A DNA stretch of 62,928 bases, the filler included, from Licmophora abbreviata (lineage: Eukaryota): NCBI GenBank assembly GCA_900291995.1. It is 8 parts of 8 records of this genome, joined end to end, with 100 filler letters (N's around TTAATTAATTAA, not from the genome) between each part and the next. Parts side by side here need not be neighbours in the genome. Positions count along the whole stretch, not along the records: positions 27,940 to 34,568 come from OLMU01002019.1; positions 34,669 to 57,188 come from OLMU01002020.1; 6 more parts are not named here. The stretch is one strand, 5' to 3'. Of the stretch, positions 33,681 through 45,832 are shown piece after piece (the stretch's first letter is position 1; each line of letters opens with the position of its first letter). The translations under genes and the position numbers were made by a program. Under the pieces are notes generated by a model. The model saw only the letters and a list, made by a program, of their open reading frames with translations, had not been told where the DNA came from and made no database searches.

Positions 33681-35448
33681 ATGCTTCGTCGCCCTTCCAA
33701 GGAGCCACAACAACAGACGTCACCGAAACGTCAGGTTCAATTTCGAGCTGACGGTACCTTCGGCAAGGACCGACCGCCACAACAACATCCGCCCCGACGC
33801 ATGAGCATGGAAGAACAAGCGCATGCGGCAGATCGACTGTCGATGCGTCTTTTGGAAATCGATAGTGATGACGAAGATCAAGCTGAGGAGGAGATATTTA
33901 GAGAATCGGAAGCCCTGTTTGGAGGAGAATCGGCGGAGGACGACTTTGAGCGAATGTCGATGCGAAAAGAATCGGACGAGCAGGCATTGCGGAATGTGTA
34001 CTCCATGATTGTCCTGGCGTGCGTGTCGATTGTACTACTCGCTGCGCTTTCCTTAATGGGGGCGAGGTACTTCATTGGACCTCCCCGACAGCCTGTTGGA
34101 CCGTACACGCTGATTGAGCGACAAGTACGTAGATACACAGGAAGAGAGCGAGAGGGAAATCAGCATTCGGCAGTGCACTGTTTGGATCTCGATCCTTGTG
34201 ATCCTAATCCTCTTTTTTATTGTCTTGTTTCGTCTTGGCCATTCCAAACAGGAAGGCATGGATTTCTTTGACTTTTACAGCTTTTACGAGGGCCTCGATT
34301 CGGCTGGCTCGGCTGGTTACTTGACGTATGTCAACGAGGAGACAGCGTTGCGGTTAGGCATTGTCAATGTCACGTTCGAAAATGATCCCATGAAGGCTAA
34401 TGTGACGTCGCAGAGGGATACTGAAACTACAGACAATGAGACAGCATCCTCGTCTTCTTTCAACATGACCGAACCGTTCGTGTACATGATGTCGTCCCCG
34501 ACCCCGGACGGACCTCGAAATTCAATTCGATTGGAAGGCAAACGTCGTTTTCATCGGGGACTCTTCATNNNNNNNNNNNNNNNNNNNNNNNNNNNNNNNN
34601 NNNNNNNNNNNNTTAATTAATTAANNNNNNNNNNNNNNNNNNNNNNNNNNNNNNNNNNNNNNNNNNNNATTCTACCGAGGGCTGTAGCATGGACGATATT
34701 CCTCAGGGCACGAAAACAGGAACGTGGGACACCGCCGTTGGAATCCCCGACAAAAAGACAGGGATTCCTGACATGACGATGCGATATGCGACCAACTGTT
34801 TCGTGTACGACCCGCATCAGTGGCTCAATCAAGGGTGTGTCGCAGTCGATAAGGAAGGAGGGACATTGGGAGGACCCTTGAATGAAAAGGGGGAGGAGTC
34901 TATGTATTGGAGTGGGATCCCATCAATCGCCATATTCGAACGTGGGTCTTTTCGCCGCATACAAAGGTACCGGATAACTTGCGGGATAGTATCGAAACGG
35001 CGAATCTCGAGCACAAAGGTGACCGAATCATGCCTGATCCAGAAGAGTGGCCGTTGCCGTATGGATATTTCGCGATAGGTACGCGTTGGGGAGATATGGG
35101 GGAATGCCCGTGTGATACATCGTCCCCATTATCCGATTTCACTTTTGTCGATGGTTGCTTTTTTTTATTTTCTCATCAGGCGAGGGAACCAATTGTCAGG
35201 CGAACCACTTCAAGAATATGCGTTTGGTATTCAATATGGCATTCTGCGGGAGCGTCGCTGGCAATCGGTATCACATGGACTGCCCGAAACAGGCAAAGAA
35301 ATTCAAGACGTGCAACGACTGGATCAAGAGTCAGCCGGAAGAACTCGACGAAGCCTACTGGAAGATTCGTGGTGTCTATGTATACGAACGAGAATGGCAG
35401 AATTCATGGGTGTACCCAAATCAGATCGTGGATCGTAGAGAACCTTGA
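33681..35448 (+). CDS. Membrane-anchored GH16 beta-1,3-glucanase/transglycosylase (fungal Lam16A-like), interrupted by a gap and a 1-nt frameshift
   Basis: Introns 34125-34251 and 35079-35179. TM anchor, then RNSIRLE, NQGC, GVYVLEW, FNMAFCGSVAG, EAYWKIRGVYVY. The expected catalytic ExDxxE region falls in the gap. Confidence 0.85.
34569..34668. other. Artificial scaffold spacer (real missing sequence inside the GH16 gene)
   Basis: Spacer with no flank duplication. Confidence 0.95.
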
Positions 35449-35620
35449 CTATGGGTATTGCTTGAGTGAGAACGATGACTAGTTGTCTCTGGCATGAGTG
35501 CAGCATGTACTTATCCGAGGAGAGATTGTGATACTATTTATATCATATTTTGTAGTCTCGTGATTCATGCGCAGCATGCAAGTAAGAACAGCGTTCGTAA
35601 ATTGCCTCACGACCCCCGCT

Positions 35621-37072
35621 TCATGGCAGCTCATCACCTGCCAGCACGTCCACGTCCTTGGTCGCCGTCAAGAGCGCATCCAACACGCCCACATAGACGA
35701 CAATACCTTCAAGAAAAGTCGATTCTGGTATGTACTCATCATTTTCGTGTAGCATAATTTCCGTATTGCGCATTGGACTGAATCCCAACGCTCGAATGCC
35801 CAAGGCACGCAAAAAGCGACTGTCGGTGGCAGCGGGGAAGACTTGGGGGCAAATCTCAAGTCCCATCTTGGTCATGGCATCGCAAAAGACGCCATACCAC
35901 GGATTGATATTTCGGTCTGTCGGGGTGGTGGAGTGTTTCTGCAAGTCATTGCCCGTTTCCTCAATGAAATTCCATGTGACTTGATTTCCATTCTCTGCAT
36001 CCTCACTACTGCATTCCTGACACCACATGTCCAGCATATTTCCAATCGAGCTAGGCTCGACATGAGGCGAAATGCGAATGTCTAGACTGCACGTTGCCGT
36101 GGGTGGCACCACATTGTAAGCATACGTATCTGCCACACGGACCCCTGCTTGCAATGTCGTAATGTTGAGCGTCGTTACATCACCCAGCGACTTTTTCTTC
36201 TTGGCCGCAACGGCATGGGAGCAATTCGCATGAGTCGCATCGTCCTCGCCGTGCAGTATCTTTCGCTGTCCCTCACGAAACTCCAACGCCTTATTGGCAA
36301 GTTCCACCATTTGCTCCACTGCCGTACTCTCAATGAACCGACTTCCATGTCCCGTATTTCCGGTCGCCTTGACTTCAATCCACCAGGGCAGACGCTCACC
36401 GTAGAATACACTAAAGGTGTCCTCCGTACTGGCAAGTCCTTCATCGAGCGCCAAGGCGATACCAGGAAGACTCTTGTAAAGCTTACTACTCAAGAAGGCC
36501 GCCATGCCCCCTCCGCCCATTTCTTCATCCGGGACGAAGGTCAAGTATACGCTGCGTTCGGGACGAAAGTCGTCTTCACCAGCAGTCTGCCTCAAGGCAT
36601 ACAGCTTTCTCAAGGCACAAATATACTGTATACACACACACTTCATGTCTTGCGTGCCTCGTCCGTAGATATGTCCATCCTTTCGCAGTCCCTCAAAGGG
36701 CGGTACCGTCCAGTCCTCAGGAATGGCCGGTACAACGTCGTAGTGCGAATTCAACAAGAGAACCGGCAAAGTCTCAGTCGCATCCCGACCCTTCCAACAC
36801 GCCACCACCACGGGTGAATGCTCTGGACTTTCATCCAAGATGAATATTTCATCGAGAAAGCCCAAACTCTGCAGTTCTTCCATGAGATAGTTGGCGCAGT
36901 CGACGTAGGCACCGCTCTCGCTGGCGACGGCCGAGACGGTGGGAAATTGGACAAATTTTTGCAAGGAATGAATCGCATGTTCCGACTCCAGAGTCGACAA
37001 TTCTACTAAAGTTACATCCAGGGGTGAAACGGCGCAGTCTGAAGGCGAGCGGTCCTTGGGAACAGGCGTCAT
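35621..37072 (-). CDS. ACY1: Aminoacylase-1 (peptidase M20)
   Basis: LLNSHYDVVP, IYGRGTQDMKC, FVPDEEMGG, ALDEG, GHGS, FPAATDSRF, GFSPM, LHENDEY. Confidence 0.95.
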   Translation of the reverse strand: MTPVPKDRSPSDCAVSPLDVTLVELSTLESEHAIHSLQKFVQFPTVSAVASESGAYVDCANYLMEELQSLGFLDEIFILDESPEHSPVVVACWKGRDATETLPVLLLNSHYDVVPAIPEDWTVPPFEGLRKDGHIYGRGTQDMKCVCIQYICALRKLYALRQTAGEDDFRPERSVYLTFVPDEEMGGGGMAAFLSSKLYKSLPGIALALDEGLASTEDTFSVFYGERLPWWIEVKATGNTGHGSRFIESTAVEQMVELANKALEFREGQRKILHGEDDATHANCSHAVAAKKKKSLGDVTTLNITTLQAGVRVADTYAYNVVPPTATCSLDIRISPHVEPSSIGNMLDMWCQECSSEDAENGNQVTWNFIEETGNDLQKHSTTPTDRNINPWYGVFCDAMTKMGLEICPQVFPAATDSRFLRALGIRALGFSPMRNTEIMLHENDEYIPESTFLEGIVVYVGVLDALLTATKDVDVLAGDELP

Positions 37073-37650
37073 GGTGGTGCTGTTACTATGATGCTAAAAC
37101 ATGTTTGTATGAGCAAAGTTTTTCAAGATCGACGACCGGAGAGTGAAACACACGTCGCGCGAAGCGTCGATGGATAACCGTGTCGTCGGAATTCGGAATT
37201 CAAGTCAGGGAGCTTGCGTATTCGGAGAAGTGAGCGATGACTCATGTTTCCGACAATCTGACAGAACGTATTTATCCTTCGGACTTAATTTACTACATAC
37301 TCAGACATCACAAACGCGGAGTTGACAAATACGTCACCACGCACCTCTTCCAAGACACGATGGATGGTCGTCGTCACTCTTCCAAATTTGAACCGCAACA
37401 TTCTCACCAGCGGTTTGAAGTTTCAGATCGGCGTTGACGTCGCCACCGGCAAAAGAATCATCTGAGACGTTCTTACCATCAACAGCAACATAACGTAGCA
37501 CAACGCCCGAACCCCTCACTGGCAATCGAACCTTGGTTCAGTCGATCGTCAGGCAGCAGGTACCTCATCGGCTCTTTTACTTTTGAGCCTGCCTTGACCC
37601 TCAGTTCAGTCGTTCTGAATTGACCAGAATCAAATTTCAGTTTCAGCACC

Positions 37651-39221
37651 ATGTCGACATGCACTGCAGCTCGGCTCGTCCTGTCAAGACGTATCTTGAG
37701 CTGCCAGCGTTCTTCTTCTCAGAAACCGAAGGCTATTTTGAGAACGACGTCTCGAAGAACCATTGCTGCCAAGACAAACTCACGTCTGGCACCTCAGGCA
37801 CTGTCCAGTAGCACGACTATACCGTCCAGCTCATCCCCCCCTCCTCGGATGGTCTCTCCGAACCAGCTTTTATTCGACGGAAGCTTTCGTCTGGTACACA
37901 GGTCATCATGATGACAGAAAGCGCGACCAACGATGCTGTTCATGGCGCTTCTTCGTCGTCGTCTTCCACTACTTCTTTAAATTCTCCAGACATGATTGTG
38001 GACATGGTGGCCTTGCAGGCACTTGCCTCGCAGTCGCCCACACCCCTTCGTTTGGCGGACATGTACAAGTATGCTGTCGAGACGAACAATTTTGATCAAC
38101 GACTGCGCAATGCACAGTATCTATATAGGGAACTTCCCATTCGCATGGCCCAACGTGCCATGGATCTACTAACACTACCTCATGGTCTCAACGAGTCCCC
38201 TGCCATTCGCAATGTCGCGCATGTCTACTGTCGGTACCTCGAACAGTTTCAGGGACTGCCCGAACCCACTTCGGCAGAGGAGGAAGCGCTGTTTACGGAT
38301 ACGCTGGAACGCATCATTCTAGATCGAACCAGTATTCCCACCATGATCGCCCGAGGCATTGCGCGATGGGCCGATGATACCGCTGTCGATATTCAGGACG
38401 ATCAGTGGCATGAAATGGAAGATGCCTTGTATCGATTCTTTACTGCACGTGTGGGATTGCGGTTGTTGACGGAACATCATATATTGAGTAGTCAGAAGCG
38501 AGATGCGCAGGAGGAGATTGTTCAAGGCAAGGAGGATTTTTCAGGTTGCATTCAGTTACACTGTGATCCAGTGCACGAAGTCAAGAAAGTTGCCGACGAA
38601 GTGACGAAGCAGATATTGCAGCAGTACGGCATGTCTCCGGAAATTCATGTGGTAGACAGCACGTACGAGAGTGACAAGAAATCCGCATTCACCTACGTCC
38701 CACATCATTTGCAATACATGGCGGCGGAACTGTTGAAAAACTCATGTCGCGCCACTGTATCGCACTACAAAAACTCTACAAGCGAAGCCGAATTGCCTCC
38801 CGTCAAGGTGGTCATTGTGAAGGGTGCCGAAGATGTCAGCATCAAGATTGCTGATCAGGGAGGTGGAGCACCGCGCAGTACCATGGAAAAGATTTGGGAT
38901 TTTGCGCACAGCACCACCAAGGCTGATACGCAACAGCAAAACGTATCCGAGTTCTCTGCCCGTGGGTTCGGACTGCCACTGGCTCGCATCTACGCGCGAT
39001 ACTTTGGCGGGGAGCTCACATTAAGGAGCATGGAAGGATACGGTGTCGATGCATATTTATACTTGCCGCGATTGGGACATGCATGTGAAAAGTTGCCCGC
39101 GTCGGTCGTTGCGAGTCCCGGTGAACAAGATAGCAATGTTGTAGCAGCTTTGAATGGTGGATTACTTTCAAGGAGTCGACCGATCGTCGTGTCGCGCGTC
39201 AACGGTGATGGTGCGTCGTAG
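37651..39221 (+). CDS. Mitochondrial alpha-ketoacid dehydrogenase kinase (PDK/BCKDK family)
   Basis: ELPIRMAQR, YVPHHLQYM, ELLKNSCRA (N box), DQGGG (G1), GFGLPLARIYARYFGGEL, SMEGYG. The mitochondrial-type leader from ATG 37651 is in a different frame and needs a 50-bp intron or an indel to join the 37908 ORF. Confidence 0.88.
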
Positions 39222-39492
39222 ATGGAAGAGGAGGGGGCTTTTCCCATGACAACGAAAGCCAGCCTTTTAGGCGCGGCACAACAGCAACTTCTTTTTGCAA
39301 TCCACATGAAATCACTTCCATACTAGTAAGAAGAATAGAGACTAACGGAAACAAAACGCGGATTCAAGAAACTACTTTTACTTCTGGTCAATTTCGACGA
39401 GCTATGTACTCTGATGGTTATTTGCTTGTGCGTCATAGAAGAACAATAGAATGGAACACGAAAGTGTTGAAAGACCGCATTGCACCACAACA

Positions 39493-40947
39493 CTAGCGGG
39501 TTGAAGAGAAAGAGTTCACAGTTCGGGTCTTGGAGCTGCCACCATAGGTATTTCCACTCGCTCGTGGGGTCGCGTCAACACAACGCTGCACTGAATGCGA
39601 GTAGAGAGCGTTCACCACGCGGTGACCGCCATACTGGCGATAGTCTTCGTGAGATGCCAGTCCAAGCTTGACGGTGCCGAGGTCTTCAATCAGCTGTGCC
39701 ACCAATGGGTCAGACTGCACCTGGGGTTCAGCACGAATGCCATTGATAGCGTTTTCAATCGTGGCGCGGGCGATATCCAACTTTCCCTCTCTGGACTGCT
39801 TGTCAGCGGCAGCAAGGTGCTCCGCCGTCTTGATGCGGAGCCACTGTACAACCAAATGCGTATCGGCCTCGGAAACCTCGCCACCGGTAGGGCGAGCAAT
39901 CGAGCACAGAGCTGGACCTTGACGTGAGGGGCATTTGAGCAGCGTATCCGAGTACGTTAGTAAAACTGCCACATGCGGCAAAGGCGAGGTACTCATCCTT
40001 GAGGATAGATTGACGTCGAAGAGAACATCGCGACTCTCTTCAGCGTAAAAATCGCCAATGGAAACGGTGCAAGAACCATCCGCGTTCATGACTTTCTTGT
40101 CATGATGTACTTGCACAATGTCCACACCCCCTTCCTTCGCTTCTGCGGGGATCGAAAGATGGAGCATCGCGCCCTGAGCGACGACAGAGAGGACTCCGCC
40201 CAGCGCATCTCCAATCGCAGTCATCACACTGGAGTCTGTCTCGACAAAGTAGTATGTGCCACCCTCCGAGCACTGCGCCATGTCTTGGAGGAGTCTCGAG
40301 TCGTGGTTGGATCCGTAACCAAAACAATGCATCGTAATGGGAGGACAGCCTTTCGACGTCGATAGCGATCCATGCAGCAATTTCTGTGTGTGCTCAATGA
40401 GCTCAGGGCGACGGCTAATGCCCATATTGGCGAGGCCGTCAGTAAGCAAGAACACTGTCCTCACCTCGCTCGGCGATTCCACCATCTGCAGAACGGGTGC
40501 CACGATTCCGACGGCCGCCGAGATATTTGTACATCCATTCGCCTCGAGTTGTTTGATCTTGGCAAGGGCATTCTTCTTATGCACTTTAGAGAGCTTCGCG
40601 AGAGGGATCTCGAGAGCAGCTTCATCGGAAAAACCAACAAGTCCAAATCGGTCGTGCGGCATGAGCTGACGGAGCAACAGCTCTAGACTGCTTTTGCAGA
40701 GGGCCAGTTTGTCGCCATGCATAGAGGAAGAGAGGTCTATCGCAACCATGATATCGACCGGCGCACGCATGTTCTCATCTACAAGTTCCCTCGCATTGAC
40801 TGTCACGCATGACTGACCCATCTTCATGCCATTGGCGACCCCGACAGTTTGGAATTTCGGACGAACCGACAAGGTCAATGCTGGGGTCTGCTGTTCCTCC
40901 GAACCAACCATGTCCCAATCTTCGTTGCCACAATTCGAAAGAACCAT
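39493..40947 (-). CDS. von Willebrand factor A domain protein
   Basis: MIDAS motif DLSSSM, GCTNIS, FLLTDGLAN, FGYGSNHD, GGTYYFV. Helical C-terminal region. Confidence 0.9.
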   Translation of the reverse strand: MVLSNCGNEDWDMVGSEEQQTPALTLSVRPKFQTVGVANGMKMGQSCVTVNARELVDENMRAPVDIMVAIDLSSSMHGDKLALCKSSLELLLRQLMPHDRFGLVGFSDEAALEIPLAKLSKVHKKNALAKIKQLEANGCTNISAAVGIVAPVLQMVESPSEVRTVFLLTDGLANMGISRRPELIEHTQKLLHGSLSTSKGCPPITMHCFGYGSNHDSRLLQDMAQCSEGGTYYFVETDSSVMTAIGDALGGVLSVVAQGAMLHLSIPAEAKEGGVDIVQVHHDKKVMNADGSCTVSIGDFYAEESRDVLFDVNLSSRMSTSPLPHVAVLLTYSDTLLKCPSRQGPALCSIARPTGGEVSEADTHLVVQWLRIKTAEHLAAADKQSREGKLDIARATIENAINGIRAEPQVQSDPLVAQLIEDLGTVKLGLASHEDYRQYGGHRVVNALYSHSVQRCVDATPRASGNTYGGSSKTRTVNSFSSTR

Positions 40948-41150
40948 TCTTGATCAACCAATGCGCTTTGTTCGTTGTAAAAAATGATCGAGAAATGAGG
41001 AATCAGTGCACATTGACACGACCGGCACCGGAACCAGAATTCATTCCCAAATTTCGAAACGTGGATCTCTCAGTACAAAGCTACGTTGAACTCTACGGGG
41101 ACACCGCGGTTTGATTTGAGTCATGACTTTCTCTACACAAACTCCAACTT

Positions 41151-42902
41151 CTAAGAAGCTCCAGTTGACTCGGGATGGTAAGGCATACCGGTATCTGAAC
41201 TGGTAAGCATACCCGTAAAGCGTAATAGCGACAGCAAGACTTGCTTGAAGGTGGACCAGAGTGCCACAGCATTGCCTATGCGTAGTGCCGGCGCCAGTTT
41301 TCTCCTCGTTTTGTCGGCTGAGAAGACAGCGTCATCGTCGATCGTCGACATGAGCCATTCGACACCTGAAGCCACAGTCGCCCGAGCAGTTGCATTCCGA
41401 GCCTCCGCTTGGAAAACGGCAGGCACGTCGAGGACGGAGGTAGGGCTTGAGGCACCACTGTTGCTGCCTCTCGCTTTTGTGGACGACGCGACCCATGACG
41501 CCAAAGCCCACGACGGTGGGGCTTTGAATATAGACACGAATTCTGCCTTTCTCAGATAAGAGGACTGTGCTCCATCTTGTTCGCGGTACCTCTCTGCAAG
41601 GAGTAACAAGGATCGTGGAGGGTACCGTCGCCTTTGGAGTTAGAGCGGAACGAAACGGGTTAGGCTCTGCTGAATTCGTAACCCTTCATCATCTCCTCCT
41701 TTGCCATATTCTACTCACAACATTGTTAGAGCGGCGTCAATCAGTTCCTGCACAGTGAGAAAATCATTCCTTGTTTGCTTCTCCATTTGCGTCCAGTCAG
41801 GTTTGACTTTCGACAGCAAATGCTGTATCGTCATGCATACCATCCCCGCGTCACATTCTGTTTCAAAAACATCGTACCGACAGCATGGATGCACAAGAAG
41901 CGCGAGGGCAACGTATCTGTAAATAGACAAAATACCAGAATATAAATGAATTTCATGATTGAAACAGGCATGTTTCGAATCTCCAGGTCTGACCTCACAC
42001 TACGTACAAGGGAAATAGAGGGTGCGACGAGAGGAATGCATCGAAGAATCGACTTGCGATTTGGCTGGATGTGTTGTGAGAAAACCACGTAATGAGCCAC
42101 GGCATGACGACACTGGAAAGTTCCACTTCACAGTACACCAAAAAATCATGCATCTCGACATCCACTGCCTGCACCAGAGGCAACAGGAACGCATCCAGTA
42201 GCCACAAGAGCTGCGAGAAGTCTTTTCGAAGTGCATCACGCAAATGGGATGAGCAGATTTTTCGTAGCGCCGCACAGGCTAGCGACGGGTCGGATAGGTT
42301 GAACAGGAAGACACCGGCTATATCATGGAGGCCCTGATAGTAATGAATCTTGCCATGTCGAGGTGTCAGGGGTCTTGACACCGTTGTTTCCAATACTGTT
42401 GATAGCTGAGCCTCTTGATCATGTGACGCGCCGCGGTCTTGGGAAACAGGCGCCGGGGGTAAAGTATCATCACCCTCTCGCAGGTACCGAAACAAGACAG
42501 AGCGTCCAGCTTCGCGACGAATCAAGTCGATCTCTTTTGCGTCCTGTATCGTGTCATTCCTTCGCTCAAAAATAGACGAGTTCATGTCATCAATCCAGTT
42601 GTCCCCGGACAGTCCCACAAGTAGCGGCCAGGATCGTTGCCTTGTCGCCGCTTAGAACACACGAGCAGAATTAGAAGAAGACAGACATGAAGGTGAGATC
42701 AGGGAACTAGACCCAAAAGGTTTCAATTGATAGACATCCATCGACCATCGCTCCATCTCAACATACCATCCAAGAGGCCGCCGGTCGTCAGAGCCAGCTC
42801 TCGTAGTGCCCACAGGTCGACCCTTCCCGACTCATGGTCCAAACAAGCTTCAATTCGTCTCCTCTTATCTTCAACTAACTTCACTGGCACCTCCGTGTTC
42901 AT
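41151..42902 (-). CDS. Rab-GAP TBC domain protein (TBC1D20/Gyp8-like); 4 exons, ~485 aa
   Basis: Exons 42902-42767, 42650-42008, 41916-41719, 41631-41151. DLWALRELA…GGLL, RQRSWPLLVG, HYYQGLHDIA, PWLITWFSH, RFFDAFLSSHPLFPLY. Confidence 0.88.
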
Positions 42903-43320
42903 CTTGTTCCCTCTGACTTCGCTACGGCTGCCTTTTACATCAAGGTGTTGTCATTGTGGTTGTCGACGAAAAATCGAAAAATCAACTTGAAATTTCGAAG
43001 ATGGCGCGCTTGCCAGTTCGACTTTTTCAGGGAGTATTCATTATCTACAAGACTGTATGCTATTTAACCAGTAGGAGATGATCAAAGATTTGAATGGTCT
43101 CTGACAGACTGGCGGACAGTACTAGTCTTGAGTATAGTTCTACATACATCGCGTAAATTCCGTACACAGTTTGCCGTTCGTAGAATCCCTATTGACTCTT
43201 ACGGGAAGGAATCCGGCGTGTGGAATGAGTGGGATCCCCGTAGAACCACTACGTGAAGGCTCACTCCCCAGGCGACTTCGTTGCTGCTGGCGCTGTCATT
43301 TGCAGTTCGAGGGTTTGATC

Positions 43321-45169
43321 ATGTCGGAAATGGATCACGATGAGATGGATGTCGAAGGTTCTGGTGGTTTCTTCGACCATGAACCGAGTAAAGCCGAAAA
43401 ACAAGCGGTGAGTTGACTTGACAACAGTAGGATTCCCTCTTGCCGCTGAAGGGGTCAGGTCGTCCAAGAGCCGTCCCTGGTACAAATCCACGTAGGGTTG
43501 TACGTTGGCGACGGGATCCTGGGATGCGAACCTGCGAAAAGTCCGGTTGTCTTCGTCTGATTGGCGGATTCCACACTCGAACGATTCCTCATTCCCGCGC
43601 TTCTGACAGTCGGGCGGGAAACGTTGTTTGAAAAAGCCTTTGGGATGGTACATACTCACACGCGCTTCTTGTGACTACAGATGAGAAAGGCGAGCAAGAT
43701 GCCTTCCGAGTGGCTCAAGCTGCTATGCAGCGAATGGGCCGACGAAAACGCGGAGATCGTTGACGGAACAGACGCGAAGTTTCTCGAGTACAAGGCCTTC
43801 CTCAAGGGCATTCTCAGCTCGCAGTTGCTCTGCCGCCTTTCCATCCCTCCCGCGAAAGAGAATTCGAGTCTGGAACCATCTCAGCCGCTCGTCGACTTTT
43901 GGGGGATTCTAGGGGTTGAGGATGAATTCGATAAAGCCTACATTGTTGCACAGGTGGAACGCTTTGCTTCCTTGTACAGTATCCGCGCTGGTCCGCTTGA
44001 CGACGTCGATGGCATGTTTACCGACAATTTGGATGCGACGACGGCGGCAGCGGCCGCTGCGGCTGGTATCACCGTCTCTCCTTCGGGAGGAATTGTGACT
44101 CTTCCGTCCTACATGGGCCTAGACTCGAGTGCTGCCGCCGCGGCAGCAGCTGCCGCTGCAGCTGGTGAGTTAGGGTCGATCCATGGATGTTACCCGATGG
44201 GTCTTGCTCTCACTATCGTCTAACTCCCTGATGTGATCTCCTTTCTACTCATTTTCAGCCGCGGCTGGCGATGTATCGCCGGGCAAGTCGCTCTCCAAGA
44301 AGCAAGTTTCGGAAGTCAGTAAGGCCCACCAGATGGCCAAGAATGCCGAACGTGCGTTGGAGAACGAGCGACGTCAGACAATGAAAAAGGAGCAGCGCCG
44401 CGTGACGCAAGAACGCAAGGACCAGAAGGCTCGCGAACGCGAGCAGATGGCCATCAAGCGGGCCGCAGAGCGTGCTGCCCGCGATGCGACACGGGAAGAG
44501 CGCCGAAGCAAGAAGGCAGAGTTGCGCGCTCAACGCGAAAAGTTTGCCGAAGAGCAGAAAGCAGCAGCAATGAAGCGTGCTGCCGAGCTGGTGGCGTCGA
44601 ACCGCGTTCCGATTGAACTGACTCGTGGCGTGGCGATCAAGGCCATGAATACTGGCGGTGCTGCGTCGGACGATCCGCCTGTCCGGAAGCGTCGTTCCGC
44701 AATTGTCGTCACGACGGCGGCTGACTTGGACCAGATTGTCGCTCACTCCAAGAATCTGTGGAAGAAGTACAATGCCATCGCCAAGGAACATAACCAGAAG
44801 GTCAATTGGATCACCGTCTCTCGCGAGCTCGGAATTCATGTTAAAGTTCGCGAGAAGTACTCTCGTATGCATGCTCGAGCTGTGCAGCGGGGCTTTGACT
44901 TCCAGAAGTTTGGGCACTACAAGATCAAGGATCACCCGGAAATTTTTGTGGAACCAACTGAACGCGAACAAAAGTCGAAAGTCCTTCCTCCTCAGGATCC
45001 GTCGACGACTGTCTTGATCGACGGCAAGGGCGACGACGACGTCGTGGCCGCTGCGGCTGCCGTGGTTGACCATTCGGTTGTTCCCACTTCGGAAGAGCAA
45101 ACGGCTGCGGCGGTACAAGCAGCAACCATGGTGGCAGACCCGACGGCGGGTCTTGTCGAAGGTGTGTGA
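43321..45169 (+). CDS. Hypothetical nuclear protein with poly-Ala, charged coiled coil and possible HTH/Myb-like domain; 3 exons, ~493 aa
   Basis: Exons 43321-43407, 43681-44164, 44259-45169 (GTGAGT donors, frame-consistent). NLS-like RKRR and VNWITVSRELG. Confidence 0.75.
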
Positions 45170-45397
45170 GTCCAGAACGACTGGATGATAGGGAGTTATC
45201 GTGATATCGTCAATCGCTTGAGTTGGGGTGAGCTCTTGGGGCGTGATGTTTATGTGTCACGAGATACGATATGGTAGAAAAAGGAAGCGTCTATAGTGAA
45301 TGATTGTGAGCGACGTGGTCTTGTCGTGTGTTCACCTGTAGCACTCTAGGGCGATAGCAAGCAGCGTGGAGACTTTAACTCCATGTGCTCAAGTGAA

Positions 45398-45832
45398 TCA
45401 CTCTGGCGGCTTTGCTTGATCTGTTTTCTGCTGTTTCCGCCTCTTCTTGCGTTGTTCCCGAAAGAAGGCTTCGAGCATAATCTTATTTTGCTGCTGAGTC
45501 TTCTCGTCGCTCACTGCCAGATGGACGCCTCCCAGCTTGCCACCAGCCCCCACTTTCTCCAACACTCCACCGTCGACCACTCGCTTGTCCCCGAGTCCCT
45601 GCACTTGCTTGACTTCTAGCTTTTCTCCCCTCTCTCCTATACTTTCATGTGATCTCGAAATAGCCCATTGCATGACACTGTATCCACCAACAACAGGAAT
45701 GCTGAAGTAGATGCATCCCATCACGGCCCGGCCCCAACGTGGCAGTGGGTACCGCCATGCGGTGTGGACATGAGTTTTGAGAGACTCGTGGCGTTCGTGG
45801 AAGGTTCGCGCCGCTGACACAAACCAGTCCAT
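45398..45832 (-). CDS. Small single-TM hypothetical protein, 144 aa
   Basis: ATG ORF with TM segment AVMGCIYFSIPVVGGYSVMQW and a basic C-terminus. Confidence 0.7.
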   Translation of the reverse strand: MDWFVSAARTFHERHESLKTHVHTAWRYPLPRWGRAVMGCIYFSIPVVGGYSVMQWAISRSHESIGERGEKLEVKQVQGLGDKRVVDGGVLEKVGAGGKLGGVHLAVSDEKTQQQNKIMLEAFFREQRKKRRKQQKTDQAKPPE

